64,000 bases of DNA from Mobula hypostoma (Eukaryota), in assembly GCF_963921235.1 (NCBI RefSeq), contig NC_086108.1:73720001-73784000 (forward strand), given 5' to 3'. Shown here piece by piece: positions 12,626 to 26,514 of this stretch. Under the pieces are notes generated by a model. That model did not search any database. It saw nothing but the letters and a program-made list of their open reading frames with translations, and had not been told where the DNA came from. Within the stretch, counting starts at the first letter, position 1; every line of letters begins with the position of its first letter. A program made the position numbers and the translations under genes.

Positions 12626-13363
12626 CTGTTGAATGAAATTTGTTTGCCATAGGTTATTTGTAATAATACTATTGTTATTTTTAATACTTATTGAAGAGGC
12701 TCTAATGTCCTTTCATTTTTAACAGTGATCACATTTACAAATAAATATTATTTACAAAACATTGTACACATACTTCAGGTAATTATTGTCAATAATTTAC
12801 TTCTGAAGTATGATTGCTGTACTTTCATAAGGACAAGAGGATCTCAAAAGGTTCTGTATTGAGATTGCAGAAAGTCATAGTTGAAATGTGTTCTGAATCA
12901 ACATTTTAAGACAAAAAAGAATACATTAACAGGGCATGGTCCAAGATTAATGGATCTGAGAAGAAACTAGAATGGGAAGTTCGAAGAAAACCCAGCCATA
13001 GGAATATCGATTAGTTTGCAAATGGTCGATAATCCTGCCAAGACTGACAATCCTGATTTCCTTGAAATAGTAACTTTTGCAGGGTGGTAATAATTAGTGA
13101 GTTGTTTCAGTAGATAGTAAGAGAAAACACCATGAGGGACCAGAATTGCAAGCTGGGAAAGAAATTAATGAGAGATTTTCTAACAATTTAGAAGATTTCC
13201 TATACTTTGTTTTTGCAAGCAAGACTGCAAATTTATATAATAGACGCACAACTTGCCAAGAAAAGATAACCATTTCCAATTTTGTAAGATTATGCTAATA
13301 TATCACAGCAAGAATGATAGAAAGTTAGAGATTACAGTGGGGCTAACAAATGCTAAATATCTC

Positions 13364-14484
13364 GTTTAGATTAGAAACTTTTTAAATACTGTTTCTCCTA
13401 CCTTCCCAAATATATATTCAGTAGATATTCTGGAAAAATTTTAGATTTAAATCCTTTTCAGAAAGGTGTAATAGCAATTATTTATAATATAATTATGAAA
13501 ATACGTCCAGACCTATTTAATAAAGTTAAGGCTGATTGGGAAAGGGAACTTAAGATCACTTTACCATTTGAAAAATGGAGAAAAATTCTTCAATTAGTTA
13601 ACTCATCCTCTATATGTGCTAAACATCCATTGATACAGTTTAAAGTAGTGCACAGGGCTCACATGTCTAAGGATAAATTAGCTCGTTATTATTCTCATAT
13701 AAATCCTGTATCTGATATATGCCACTTTGAGATAGCTTCTTTAACTCATGTTTTGATTATGTCCTTTTTTGAAAAAAATATTGGAAAGATATTTTTGATA
13801 TTATTTCAACTGTTCTGAATATTGATTTATAACCTCACCCTGTTACTGCAATTTTTGGGTTACCAATAATAGAATCAAGTCATTTAACCTCTTCAGCTCG
13901 TCGGTTGATTGCATTTCTTACATTAATGGCTAGAAGATCCATTTTGCTGAATTGGAAAGAGATTAATCCTCCCACCACATTTCATTGGTTCTCTCAAACT
14001 ATGTTGTGTTTAAACTTAGAAAAAATTATAAGTGTTATTTTTGATCCCTCTATTAAATTTGAAAAGACTTGGAGGCCATTTATTCAACATTTTCATATGA
14101 TGTAATTTGACCTTTCCAAACTTATTCTATTCTTTTTTAATATATGTTGAGAGGAGCGAAGTCGACGACACTAATGGTTCCTTTTTCTTTGATGTTATAT
14201 AACAGCCCTTGTCTTTCTTTTCCTCTTAGTTTAGTTGATTAACACTGTTTAGGTTAGTTTTTCTTTTGGGGTATATTTTTCTTTTTTTCTCCTTTTTCAT
14301 GATTTTTTTTCTTTTTTTTTGTTTATTACATTTACATCCTGTATGACTGGGAGGTTTAATACCCATGTGTTAAATGAGTTTATATTTAACTATGTTAATC
14401 ATAACAATGTAATCTGAACAATTTTGTATCAATATTATGGTATGTTTATCATTATGAAACTAATAAAAAGATTGAAAAATAAAG
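13364..14484 (+). mobile_element. 5'-truncated L1
   Basis: ORF2 C-terminus (IQFKVVHR, ARRSILLNWK); T-rich 3' UTR; AATAAA and A-rich tail; 16-bp TSD with 2 mismatches at 13348-13363 and 14485-14500. Confidence 0.9.
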
Positions 14485-15999
14485 AAATGCCAAACATCTC
14501 ATAATGAACTAAGAAAAGAAAATCTTGTTATTTTTAATTTGAGAATGCATAGCAATAAATATATTTTTTTAAATAATGCAAAATTATTACAATCAGGTCA
14601 TAACTGCATGAGATCAAATAATTTTTAGATGCTTCATAAAATAACAAATAATTCAAAATGCCTGAACACCATTCCTGAGATGGAAATGTTGGCAACAAAT
14701 TGATTAGCGTAATAGTAAAAAAAGAAAAATTGGCAAATAACTACTACTTCCACAAGTAAAGCAAAATGTCAAAGAGGAGGAAACCACAAACTAAAAAAGA
14801 CTTGAAGGTCAATGATTAGATTAGATTAATTCTTGTGCACTTTGCACATACTCAAATAGTAGCATTTCAAGTACAGCTTTGGCACTTACTCATGACATTT
14901 GATGATAGCCAATAAATACTGGGCTTGCCAACAATGTTCATGAGAAAAATTACACATAGCAATGAATAACCTATCAGACAGGTTTCATCATAATGAATAT
15001 TTCCCACACAAATAGACCAACGAGGTAGATTTCAGTGGCTTTTACTGACATATACTCCTAGATTGAAAATTTTACTGGGATTAGGTAACTGAAGAGAAGG
15101 CACTAAATGTAGACTACTTTTGTGTAAAAGCAAACATCTTAAGGATAATGAGAAAGAAACCCAATACGTAAGTTCCTCCCATTATAATCCAAGGGTGGAG
15201 TCTGTGGCATAAATTTTGATGGCTGTCGTAGTGGCAGGAGAGAGAATTGCTTTAAACAGTTCTCAAGGAACTGAGGACAATTTTAAAGACCTAGGAAATG
15301 AATTATCACATCAGAATATGTTTCAAAGAATGATTCCCATAAGATATGACAATTTGTGAACAAAAGATGCATCCCACTAGAAAAGCATTAATACCTGACA
15401 CACAGTTAGATAGTTCTATCAAGCAGCTGCTCAAAGATAGATTTATACATTCATTGTTCAAGGTGAAGATAATTTTAACAGTAAGTTCATTTTTTTACAA
15501 TGGAAAAAAATTGTGGGAGAAGTGAAATATCATGCCTAACTTGACAGGAGGGAGAGAGTGTGTTAAACACTCGATTTCATCAAGAATAACGTCAGTTATT
15601 TTACTGAAAGAGTTAAAGATTAGAATTGAATCAAGGAAAGAAATACTGAATATACAATTAAACTGATTTATTAAGATGATGGGTGCTTCAATATCTTTCA
15701 TCCAATATGACAATGAGAAATATAAACTATGCAACTCCATCCATAGTAACTTGTTTAATTTAGCTCCAGTATAATTCTAAAAGGGATAGCGTTGGACTTG
15801 GATGAGGACATTTTCCCAAGACAAGATTAGCCACATAATCCTGCCAACAGCACACAACCCTCAGCCATCTTAAGGGCTCTACCCAAGCCCGATTTGGATT
15901 CTCTATCTAGAAGATAACCTGTTCCTGTAAAGGTTTCTTTCCTTGCTTTTATGTGATTACCTTTAATATTCTCAATGATTCACACTGGGCCATTTCTAC

Positions 16000-16560
16000 T
16001 TCATATCTGCACTCTGCCCATAGGAACTTGACCTTTGGATGATATCATTTAAGCTTCATGCTGATGACATTAACAGCTCTAAATTGTCAGACTGCTTACC
16101 TGATATCAGGTGCTGGATGAGCAGAAAGTTCCTCCAAACAAATAAAAAACAAAGCCATTGTCTTCAATTTCTGTCACAAAACAAGCTCTCTAGCTACACA
16201 TTTATACCATTGTCTGGGAATTGTCTAAAGTTATATGTAATCAGGTGGCATATCTAACCCTGTTCAGCTTGCAACCATATATCTGCATATTTTATCTTGT
16301 AATATTGTCTGACTCCATCTGTTCATTAAATCACCTGCTGTTGAAACATTAATCCAACCCTTTGTTACTTCTACAGTTGATTATTTACAACATACTCTTT
16401 GCTGGCCAAAGGTCCAACTTCCATAAACATGAAAATATCCACAAATCTGCAGCCTGTGATCTAATTCACATATAGTTTCACTAATTCTGTAACTGTTGAC
16501 AAACAATGGCTTCTAGTTATGCAGTGCTTGACTTCAAATTTTTCATCTTTCCTTTTTAAA
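16000..16560 (+). mobile_element. Ancient L2-like LINE fragment
   Basis: HADD...LSDCLPDIRCWMSRKFLQ in ORF 16039-16257. Confidence 0.6.
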
Positions 16561-16773
16561 ATATTTTTTCCTGTCTAATCTGTGAATCTGGTCTAACCTT
16601 AAACCAACTGAAGATGTTTGTGCACTTTTGAAAATGTTGAGTGTTTACAGCATTTTCTGCTTTTGCTTCAAAATTTTCACCATTTGGAGTTTTTTCTGTG
16701 CATTCATCAATTTGATAAACTGTAAAGCATACAAGTGGACAAACAGTAAAAAAATAGAATAATCATAACTCAC

Positions 16774-16849
16774 CTTGGGAAATCTTTCTTTATACACATG
16801 GTTCATCATTACTATCTCATTGTCATAGAAACAAGGGGATCTTCCGGGA
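16774..16849 (-). CDS. MAST2: MAST2 exon (76 nt): (S)[25 protein letters not shown]
   Basis: aagcAG acceptor and GTgagt donor; [12 protein letters not shown] is a MAST signature. Confidence 0.96.
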
Positions 16850-17016
16850 CTGCTTTTTCAAATGGACACAAATGTGAAAAGCATGAGTACATTTTATTCA
16901 TCAATGACTACATTATAAACTTTGGAAATTATTTGCTGCTTTGTCTAATCTGACTCAATGTATTATGTCTAATTATAAAGCAAATTGTTCCGAAGGAAAA
17001 CACAATGGCAGTTCTT

Positions 17017-17224
17017 GCAACACACACAAAATGCTGGAGGAACTCAGCAGGACAGATAGCATCTATGGAAAAGAGTAAATAGTCGATGTTTTGAGCCAAG
17101 ACCCGTCCTAATGAAGGGTCTCGGCCCGAAACTCTTTTCCATCGATGCTGCTTGGCCTACTGAGTTCTTCCAGCATCTTGTGTGCACTGTTTGGATTTCC
17201 AGCATATGCAGATTTTCTCTTGTT
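17017..17224. mobile_element. Miniature fold-back PLE derivative
   Basis: Inverted plus forward PLE termini joined at a degenerate hammerhead; degenerate TSD at 17004-17016 and 17225-17237. Confidence 0.8.
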
Positions 17225-18274
17225 AATGACAGCTTTTCATTTTATTAATTCTCTATAAACATGGAATAGTAATATACTTTCCCTTTCCCTTGTCAATTTT
17301 CAAATTATTTTTAAGGATTCTGACTATCTCAGCAAACATAAACAGATACTAAAAGTGATCAACCAGCCCAATTTCAAATACACAATAAACATTGACATAG
17401 TCGCCACAATGCAAAAGTGTACAGCCTTTGTATTTCTTATACAATAACTCTTTTCAGTAGCTTTGTTACAATTTAATATAGCTTTCTGCAGAGTAAGGCT
17501 GTCATTTCAATCTGTCATACAAGGCAGGAGTGTCCATCATTTCATTACTCTTTCAAATTTGATTTATTGATTTGGTCAGTTATACTTTAGGAATCTTGTT
17601 CCACAGAGACCAAATCTGTTCTAATTTCACATATGTCTTTAGAAATAAATATTTATTTTTAAATCCTATTTCAGAATAATACCATAAAACACATTTTACT
17701 TTAAATGTAGCATTAATGACAAGTTGAGAATTTTTCCCCATTCATTTTGCAACATACCTGTGTAAGTTGATTGAAAAGGAACTTATTTCAATGTGTTCAT
17801 TATGCATTTCCCATAATTTTGCATTTAATGATTTAATTTTATTGTCGGCTTCAGTTATGTGAATACTTATGTTTGTTATATTAATGTAATTTGTGTTGTC
17901 CTGTTTTCACCGCTCTGCCATCTTAATAAATGCTCCCACATTTCTATAAGTCACAAGTCCAGTGTCAATGGAAATAAAGTTTTGTGCCTGGTTGAATAGA
18001 ATTTGCCAAGAAAACACTCTCATTTGGAGCTATAAGTTAGGGTTTCATTCCTGGTTCTGTCAACAGAATAAATGTTAACAATTAAATGGACAACATACAG
18101 TATTTTGTTAATGGGTTGTCGATGGTCAGCATAGACTCAATGGGCTATAGGGCTCGTTTCTATGACTCTCTGACTCAAACATTTTGTACACCAATTAAAA
18201 TGCCATTCTTGTTACCATCTCTGATAATTATATTTAAGAATAAGAATCTTCTACTCATGATTTGTTATCTGCAT

Positions 18275-18720
18275 GAAGGAGAATAATTCTAGGAATGAAA
18301 GGGTTAACATGTGAGGAACATTTGATGGCTGGGTCTGTACTAACTGGAGAATGGGGGGGGGGATCTGATTCTTGAGAGGCCTAGATAGAGTGGACATGAG
18401 GAGGATGTTTTCTAGTGGGGAAGTCTAGGACCAGAGGGCACTGCATCAGGAAAGAAGGATATCCCTTCACAAAAGAGATGAAGAGGAATTTCTTTAACTA
18501 GAAGGTGGATAATCTGTGGAATTCATTGCCACAGATAGCGATGGAGGCCATGTCATGGGGTATATTTACAGCAAAGGTTAAAAGGATCTTGATTAGTCAG
18601 GATGTCAAAGGAGAAGGCAGGAGAAGAGGGCTGAGAGGGATAATAAATCAGCCACAATGGAATTGCAAAGCAGACTTAGTTAGTCGAATGGCCAAATTCT
18701 GCTCCTATGTCTTATGGTAA
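18275..18720 (+). mobile_element. CR1 3' fragment
   Basis: TRGH and NLWNSLP motifs; 3' end similar to 50640-50812 and 62640-62835. Confidence 0.8.
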
Positions 18721-19447
18721 AGATTTACATTAACATTATACAATTTCATTCCAGTATAGAACATAGGTATGCATATTAAAAGAAGCTGCAATAATTTCAT
18801 TTTCTTTTGGGATTTCTGTTGTTTCATACAATAAACTTAATTTCTTGCATTTTTCATGCTTTCACATTAATTTTACTAGCCTGCATCATGTTATCACAAT
18901 TTTAAATTGAGCACGGATTAATTTTAAAGTGTCTATATATTTTTTTCAACCTATCTCTATTGATGTATACACTCAGTAACTTGCAATTCATCTGTCCAAA
19001 GAAAATTCTACACTCCACTACTAGTATTTAATCTAAATATCTCAAATGATTCTCTAATATTTTATGTTGTTGTCTTGAGGCTAACTCCAGTTGTTGATTC
19101 CTCTTCGTTTGAAGAAAAAAATTAAGAATATTTGTTTTAAAAATACCCTATTGCAGCTTCAGGAAAGTACTTTCTAGCTCTAATCAAGCAATTGATTGCA
19201 AAGACATAAGGGTTAGTAAGATGATTGGTCACATGGGTGAATTGGCTGATGCAGGCTCTTTGGACTGGAAGGGCCTGTTACCATACTGAATCTCTAAACA
19301 AAAAATAAAATAAAATAATAATATGTTCCAAGTTTACCATTTCCAAACCATTAATTTGTAACTTAACCATTAACCTATAACTGAACAATAACACAAATGC
19401 CTCCTTTCCAGCTGAAGAAAACAAATTTCTATTCATTGTTCCAGTTG

Positions 19448-19570
19448 GCTCTCAGCCTGAAACGTTAACTGTTTATTCAACTCCATAGATGCTGTTTGAC
19501 CTGCTGAATTCCTCCAGCATTTTGTGTCTGTTGCTCAAGATTTCCAGCATTTGCAGAATCTTGTGTTTCT
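19448..19570 (+). mobile_element. PLE terminal fragment (3' half of hammerhead plus tail)
   Basis: TCTCAGCCTGAAACGTTAACTG...GATGCTG...CCAGCATTTGCAGAATC. Confidence 0.75.
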
Positions 19571-20336
19571 GACATACTTCCATTGAACACTTCCTCACTA
19601 GCATTCCTAGATTAGTATTACTTGCAGTTTTAGTGTGGAATTTAAGAATCCAAGTTAACTAGCTAAATCATAAGATTAAATTGTGCCAATCTGAGCACAA
19701 AGCATAGTCCTAATTCCAATGCAACATTACATTCGTAAAGCATGTTCTTGTTTTCTTTCCATCCATAGTTTCAATTCATTTCAATGGTTAACAAGTTAAC
19801 AAATCTCACATCATATGCCAGTGATAATAAACCTGATTCTGATTCATCCTAAATCACCATTTTGAACTCTATAATCTGAAGAATTAACTGATTAAAACCA
19901 CTTAATTTGAAACTATTATTTATCTTTTCAAATGACGTTGACATATGTTTTATTGGGAAATTATGAATTACATGGCAGTGTCATGTGATAACCCTGGGAC
20001 AATTCTATATTACCTGTCAACAATCAAGAGTATAAGAAAACAGAAATAATGGGAAAGATGGGCAAATTGCTTTTGAGAGCTCTCCAGAATTTTCAGCACA
20101 GTTTGCTTTTATTACAGGTTTTCAAAATGTTCCATTTTTATTTTACAGAAATGCCTATACACTTGCTTTGAGGCAACTGTGCTTTGGGCAGAATAGTGCC
20201 CTTCTCTGTCATAAATTGCTATGTTCTGTGAACTTTTATTTAGTGGCTTTATTATATTCTATACTACTATCTCAAATATCCTCAAAGTAAATTTAAAGAA
20301 ACAATACATTGAAAATGATGTGGGGGTGGATTAGGG

Positions 20337-21581
20337 CAGTGGTCCCCAACCACTGGGCCGCGGACTGGTACCGGGCCGCAAAGCATGTGCGACCAGGCCA
20401 CGGGCCGCGAGCCATGAGGAAACGATATGATTTGGCGATATGAAACGATATGAGTCGGCTGCACCTTTCCTCATTCCCTGTCACGCCCACTGCTGAACTT
20501 TAACGCACGCGAGGTCATCAGTGACCCAAGACGTGCAAAGGAATGGGTCCGTGACCTACTTGTGAATGTTTCCGGTGAATCTTCCATGTCAGCGCAGGAA
20601 GGAGATCAACTCCTCGAGCTTGCGAATGACGGTGGGCTAAAAAGAATGTTTGGCATAACACCTCTGCCGGCATTCTGGATCAAAGTCAAGGCTGAATATT
20701 CTGAGATAGCCACGAAAGCACTGAAAACGTTGCTTCCACTTCCAACATCATATCGCTGTGAAGCAGAGTTTTCCGTGATGAATGCAACGAAAACAAAATT
20801 GCGGAATAGACTGGACATAAGGAACCCCCTTCGAGTATCGCTGTCTCCCATCACCCCTCGATGGGACCGTCTTGTTGCAGGGAAACAAGCCCAGGGCTCC
20901 CACTATGATTTTATATGCTCATACGAGGAAAATATGCGCTGTGTGTTTAATATCCAAACGTTACTTAAAATGTTATGATGCTATTGATCTATATGTGACT
21001 TACAATTCAGTTGTCCGCAACCTCCGAGCTGCAAAGAATACAGCGGTGGCTGGAACGCACCCAGCACATCTTTAAGAAAAAAAAGCTGAAATAAACAAGC
21101 AAATTAGTTAGGTGCCGCCCGGCACGTAAATATCGGCCCAGATCAGAGGCAATTACCGATTGCGTTGCCTCTGATCTAGGCCGGCATTTACGTGCTGGGC
21201 AGCACCTAATCAATTACCTTGTTTATTTCGGTTTTTTTCTTAAAGATGTGCTGGGTGCGTCCCGGCTACCACTGTACTCCTGCATGCTTCACAGCAATGT
21301 ATCGGCCCACAGCCCGGAGGTTTGGGACCATTGTTATAATTGACTTATTACTATATTCATGCGAGGAAAATATGCCCTGTGTGTTTAATATTAAATTTGT
21401 TAGATAAACCCCTTTAGAAATGAAATTGAGTGTATTAGCCACTTATAAGTGACTTATCACCTATATTCCAGTTGTGATTAACACCCACCGCACCCCCCCC
21501 CCGCCCCCCGGGTCGGCCGGTCCACAAGAATATTGTCAATATTAAACCAGTCCACGGTGCAAAAAAGGTTGGGGACACCTG
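20337..21581 (+). mobile_element. Non-autonomous hAT (Charlie/Buster-like) transposon with transposase C-terminal remnant
   Basis: TIRs CAGTGGTCCCCAACC and GGTTGGGGACACCTG; perfect 8-bp TSD GATTAGGG; ORF 20562-20978 FWIKV...PTSYRCEAEFS...KTKLRNRL...QAQGSH (dimerisation domain). Confidence 0.95.
21008..21333. mobile_element. Palindromic hAT MITE nested in the hAT element
   Basis: TIR-like CAGTTGTCCGCAACCTCCG and CGGAGGTTTGGGACCATTG; 8-bp TSD TTACAATT/TTATAATT; long internal palindrome centred near 21160. Confidence 0.8.
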
Positions 21582-23099
21582 GATTAGGGGATTGCTGCTG
21601 CTGAGTCAGCCTGATTTGCAATTAATGTCCAATTATTTATGATTTACTTATTCCTTAAGGGCTTTTGTATGACACTGTTTACAAAATACACAACTCAAAC
21701 TAGTAACTAAATTTTAACTCTTGCAGCTAAGAGGTAAAAGCAAAACTTTTTTTTCTTTGACAGGTGATAAATTAATGAAAACCAAATTAGTTACATTTTG
21801 ATCTGCTGAGATTTCTTTCATTATGCTTCTACTACTAAAGACAGCCCAAACCTGAAAAGCTAACAGTGGGGAAAATAAGTCAATGTGATTGGATATAAGG
21901 CAAGTTAACTAGAAAGTACATTAAAGGTAAAATAGGAATCAAAGTGAACATCCTTTTCCAATATTTCTTCTTACAGTTTAAAAAAATATATTGAATATAA
22001 TGGTGAAACAGAAATTTTTGATCTAACAGTTTTAATATTCAGGTATTAAACTATTGTGTTTGTTGAAGATAATACCGAAAAACCGTGTGTGCAAGAATCT
22101 CAACACTGTTGGCCAAATCTTTGTTTTCAAAGAATATAAGGGAAAATAAAACTGATTTTATAATTGTTGTTGAACTATTTATCTTTCTTATGGATAAAGA
22201 TCCCAGTCTCAAAGGCATGAAAAATAACATCTAGCCTGGTTTTGCGGTTTCAGTATCCTGGATTAATTTCAAATCTGATACTATTATTCCCATTGTCCCT
22301 CAGGTTTCTTAATTTGCGACATCATACATACTGCAATTTAAAAATTATAATCTCGCCTTGCATTTAATCCTGGTACAATGATGAAAGGTTGCAATTTAGT
22401 TGCTTGTTCTAACATCTTTCAATTGGAATTAAAAAGAAATTTTGGTCATCAAAAACATCTATTTCAATCCAAGAAGAAAAAATTTACTATGTCACCCTTG
22501 TACTTAATAAATTTCAGCTCAGTGTCATTCAGCCAGTTTTGTATTCATTCTCATCAATCCTCCTGTCACTTTGGAAATGATGCATAGAACTTGGAGAAAG
22601 CTGACAAATTGTTGATGACTTCATCTTTGGGAGAGCAGGGTATTGTAATCTTCACAATAACATCCTTCACATTTACAAATTTATTAGACAGCAAGGACAT
22701 TGAAGTAATTTTTTTTTAGTTATAGCTTGCCTAATAAATAAATAACCGTCAAATCAATGTATTATTTAACTGTCATCTTTTATTGGACAGTAGAAAATAT
22801 GGCTACTAATTCATCCAACGATCCTTGAAGTTGTAATGTAGTATCTCAATATAACAGCAAGAATATATAAAGCGAGTACTGATTTTGATAATTAAATAAA
22901 AACGTGAGTTCTTTGCAATGGAAAGCTGTTGTCAGGGTCGCCTTTTGCATTACACATTACATGGTAGCAAGGTGGGAGGTAGTAACCATAGACATAAAGT
23001 TGATGATCTGACAAGTATTTACACACAGTGTGTACTAATCATTCATGCACAGTGCACATGCAGGACAACCAATGGGAAAAATGGGAAGAGGCATAAAAA

Positions 23100-25230
23100 A
23101 TCTGAATGGGAATAAACAATTGACATTTTGGGCTGAGGTCCTATATCAGGACTGGAAAAGGAGAGGGAAGAAGCCGGAAAAAAGGCGGCAGGAGGAGGTG
23201 AAAATGTACAAGCTAGGTGATGGGTGAAGCTGGTGGGGGGGGGGAGAGAAAGGGGATGAAGAGAGAAGCGGGGTGGTAATAGGTGGAAAAAGTGAAGGGC
23301 TGAAGAAGAAATCTGATAGGAGAGTAGCGTAGACCAAGGGAGAAAGAGAAAGAGGAGGGGAGAAAGGGAAAGGTGATAGGCAGGTGAGAACAAGAGGCAA
23401 GAAGGGATCCAAAGAGGGGAGTGGAAAAAGAGGACGGGGAGGGGGAGAATTACTGGAAGTTAGAGAAATCAATGTTCTTGCCCTCAGGTTGGAGGCTACC
23501 CAGGTGGAATATGAGATGTTGCTCTTCCAACCTGTGAGAGGCCTCATCAAGGCAGTAGAGGAGGCCTTGGACTAACATGTCAGAATAGGAATGGTGATTG
23601 GAATTAAAATGGTTGACCACTGGGAAATCCTGCTTGTTGCGGATGGAACAAAGGTGTTCGACAAAGTGGTCCCCTAATCTACATCAGGTCTTATCAACGT
23701 ACTGGAAAGAAGGTTGCATCGGGAGTACTGGATACAATATACGACCCCAAGAGATTTACGAATGAAGTATTACCTCACCTGGAAGGATTGTTTGGGACCC
23801 TGAATGGAGGTAAGGGAGGAGGTGAATGGGCAGGTGTAGCACCTCTACTGCTTGCAAGGGATACATGCCACCAGGGAGATAGGGTGGGGAGGGATGAATG
23901 GACAAGGGAATCATGGATCCCTGCGGAAAGCAGAGGGAGCGGGGGGGGGGGAGGTTGAGGAAGGCAAATGAAGTGGAAAGTAGTGCACTGGATGTGAAGG
24001 CTCAGGAGGTGTTAGGTGACGACAAGAGGAACTCAACCCTGTTAAGGCTGCAAAAAGATGGGGTGATAGCGGAAGTCTGGAAAATGGAGTAGATGCGGGT
24101 GAGGGCAGTAAACGAAGAAACTAAGAAAAGGGAATTGCATTTTTACAGGTGACAGGGTGGAAGAAGTATAGTCAAGATAGCTGTGAGATTTGGTAGGTTT
24201 TTAAAATATATCAGTAAGCATTCTCCTCAGAGAAGGAAACAGAGGTCAAGAAAGGAAAGAGAGGTGTCAGAAATGAACCAACTGAATTTAAGGTGTGACG
24301 AGAATACACATAGATTAAGATGTTAGCTGTCCTGTGCTGGCACCAGCAGTTGGTCTGCCACCTGTCTTCAGGAGAAAGAGAGATAAGGAAAACAATGGAG
24401 CAGCATTTGGAGATGTTAATGAAGGGATGGGAGAGCTTAACGGAAGGAGAGTTGTCAAGATCGGCTCCCCCTTTGAACCCTGAACTGTTTGAAGTGATGG
24501 ACAGGCGATACCTGGTGTGTGTCCGCCCTTGCCTGGGTGCCAGGTTCACCGCAGAGAAACGATCGTATCTGGAACGGAGGGGTCACGGTCGGTGACCTCA
24601 GAAGACATCACAAAGGGCTCGCCCGAAAGCTGACTGCGAAGAATATCGAAGGTCTGTGTGGAAGCTGTTTGAATATTCATTCGTTTTGCTCTTTCTCTCC
24701 CTCCCCCCACTGTCCATCTCCCACGGCAGTGATTACGGTGAACTGAACTGAACTCAATTGAACTGAATTTTGCGTCACTTTGAAACGGGTCATTTACCCC
24801 TAGACGACGATAGAGCTTGATTGATCCTGTTATCCTAATTCTGTGTACATGTGTGTTTATCACTGCTGAACTGTTGCATTTATTATCCTTTTGATTAGAG
24901 TACTGTGTTGCTTGCTTCTTTAATAAAACTTTCTTAGTTCTAGTAATCCAGACTCCAACTGAGTGATCCATTTCTGCTGGTTTGGCAACCAGTTACGGGG
25001 TACATAACAAAGAGCAGAGTGGAAGTTGGAGGCAAAGTTGATGAAATTTATGAGCTCAGCATGGGTGCATGAAGCAGCACCAATACAGTCATCAATGTTG
25101 CACTAAAAGAGTTGGTGAGCATTACCAGTGAAGGCTCGGAACACGGACTCTTCCATGTAGCCAACGAAAAGGCAGGCATAACTGGGGCCCAGGCAGATGT
25201 CCATAGCTGCACCTTGGTTTTGAAGATAGT
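23100..25230 (-). mobile_element. Older Penelope-like element interrupted by a solo LTR
   Basis: Reverse-complement similarity to 5290-6810 continues on both sides of 24294-25009; degenerate hammerhead at 23117-23155. Confidence 0.85.
24294..25009 (+). mobile_element. Solo LTR (716 bp, probably Gypsy)
   Basis: TGT...ACA termini; 4-bp TSD AAGG/AAGA; AATAAA at 24922-24927; cleanly splits the PLE RT sequence. Confidence 0.8.
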
Positions 25231-25391
25231 GGGAAATTGCTGCTACCTGACCTGCTGAGTTCATCCAGGATTTTGTATTTGTTATTCTGAATTTTCATCA
25301 TCTGCAGAATCTTGTGTTTATAAATCTCCATAGCATTCTTATGGATTGAGCAATTAAGGTGAACTAATTATAAACAATCTTTTTATTCAGT

Positions 25392-26514
25392 TACAAATGA
25401 GAGAAAATCTGCAGATGCTGGAAACCCAAGTAACACACACGCAAAATGCTGGAGGAACTCATCAGGCCAGGAAGCATCTATGGAAAAGAGTACAATTGAT
25501 GTTTTGGGCTGAAACCCTTCAGCAGGACTGGAGAAAAAGAAATGAGGAGTAGAGTTAGAGGGTGGGAGGACGGGGGGTGGGGTGGTGTGGTTGGTGAAGT
25601 AAAGATTTGGGAAGTTGATTGGAGAGAGAGGTACGGGGCTGGAGAAGGGAGAATCTAATAGGAGAGGACAGAAGGGCATGGAAGAAAGAGAAAAGGGAGA
25701 GGAGCACCAGACAGAGGCAATGGGCAGGCAAGGAGATAAGGTGAGATAGGGAAAAGGGGATGGGGAATAGCAGGGGGAGAGCCATTACCAAAAGTTCAAG
25801 AAATCGCTGTTCATGCCATCAGGTTGGAGGCCACCCAGTCGGAATATAAGGTGGTGCTCCTCCATCCTGAGTGTAGCCTCATCACGACAGTAGAGGAGGC
25901 CATCAATGGACATGTCAGAATGGGAATGGAAAGTGAAATTAAAATGGGTGGCCACTGGGAGATTGCACTTTTTCTGGCACACAGAGCTTAGGTGCTCGGC
26001 AAAGCGGTCTGCCAATCTACGTTGGGTCTCACCGATATACAGGAGGCCAAACCGGGAGCACCGGATACAATAGATAACCCCCAACAGACTCTCAGATGAA
26101 GTGTCATCTCACCTGGAAGGACAGATGGGGGCCCTGAATGATTGTGAGGGAGGAGGCCTAACAACCCCTTTTCCCCTCTCTCACCTCATCTCCTTGCCTG
26201 CCCATCACCTCCCTCTGGTGCTCTGCACCCTTTTTCTTTCTTCCATGGCCCTCTGTCCTCTCCTATTAGATTCCCCCTTCTCCAGTCCTGTATCTCTTTC
26301 ACCAATCAACTTCCCAACTTTTTACTTCACCTCTTCCCACCCCAGTTTCACCCATCAACCTGTGTTTCTTGCTCTCCTTCCCCCACCCTCTAACTCCGAA
26401 ATGTCTTTTCTTCTCCAGTCCTACCAAAGGGTCTCAGCATGAAACGTTAGCTGTATTCTTTTCCATAGATGCTGCCTGGCCTGCTGTGTTCCTCCAGCAT
26501 TTTGTGTATGTAAC
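25392..26514 (-). mobile_element. Penelope-like fragment (GIY-YIG plus terminal repeat) with inverted arm at about 26160-26514
   Basis: ORF 25785-26084 GVIYCIRC...YIGET; perfect TSD CTTTTTATTCAGT at 25379-25391 and 26515-26527. Confidence 0.92.
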
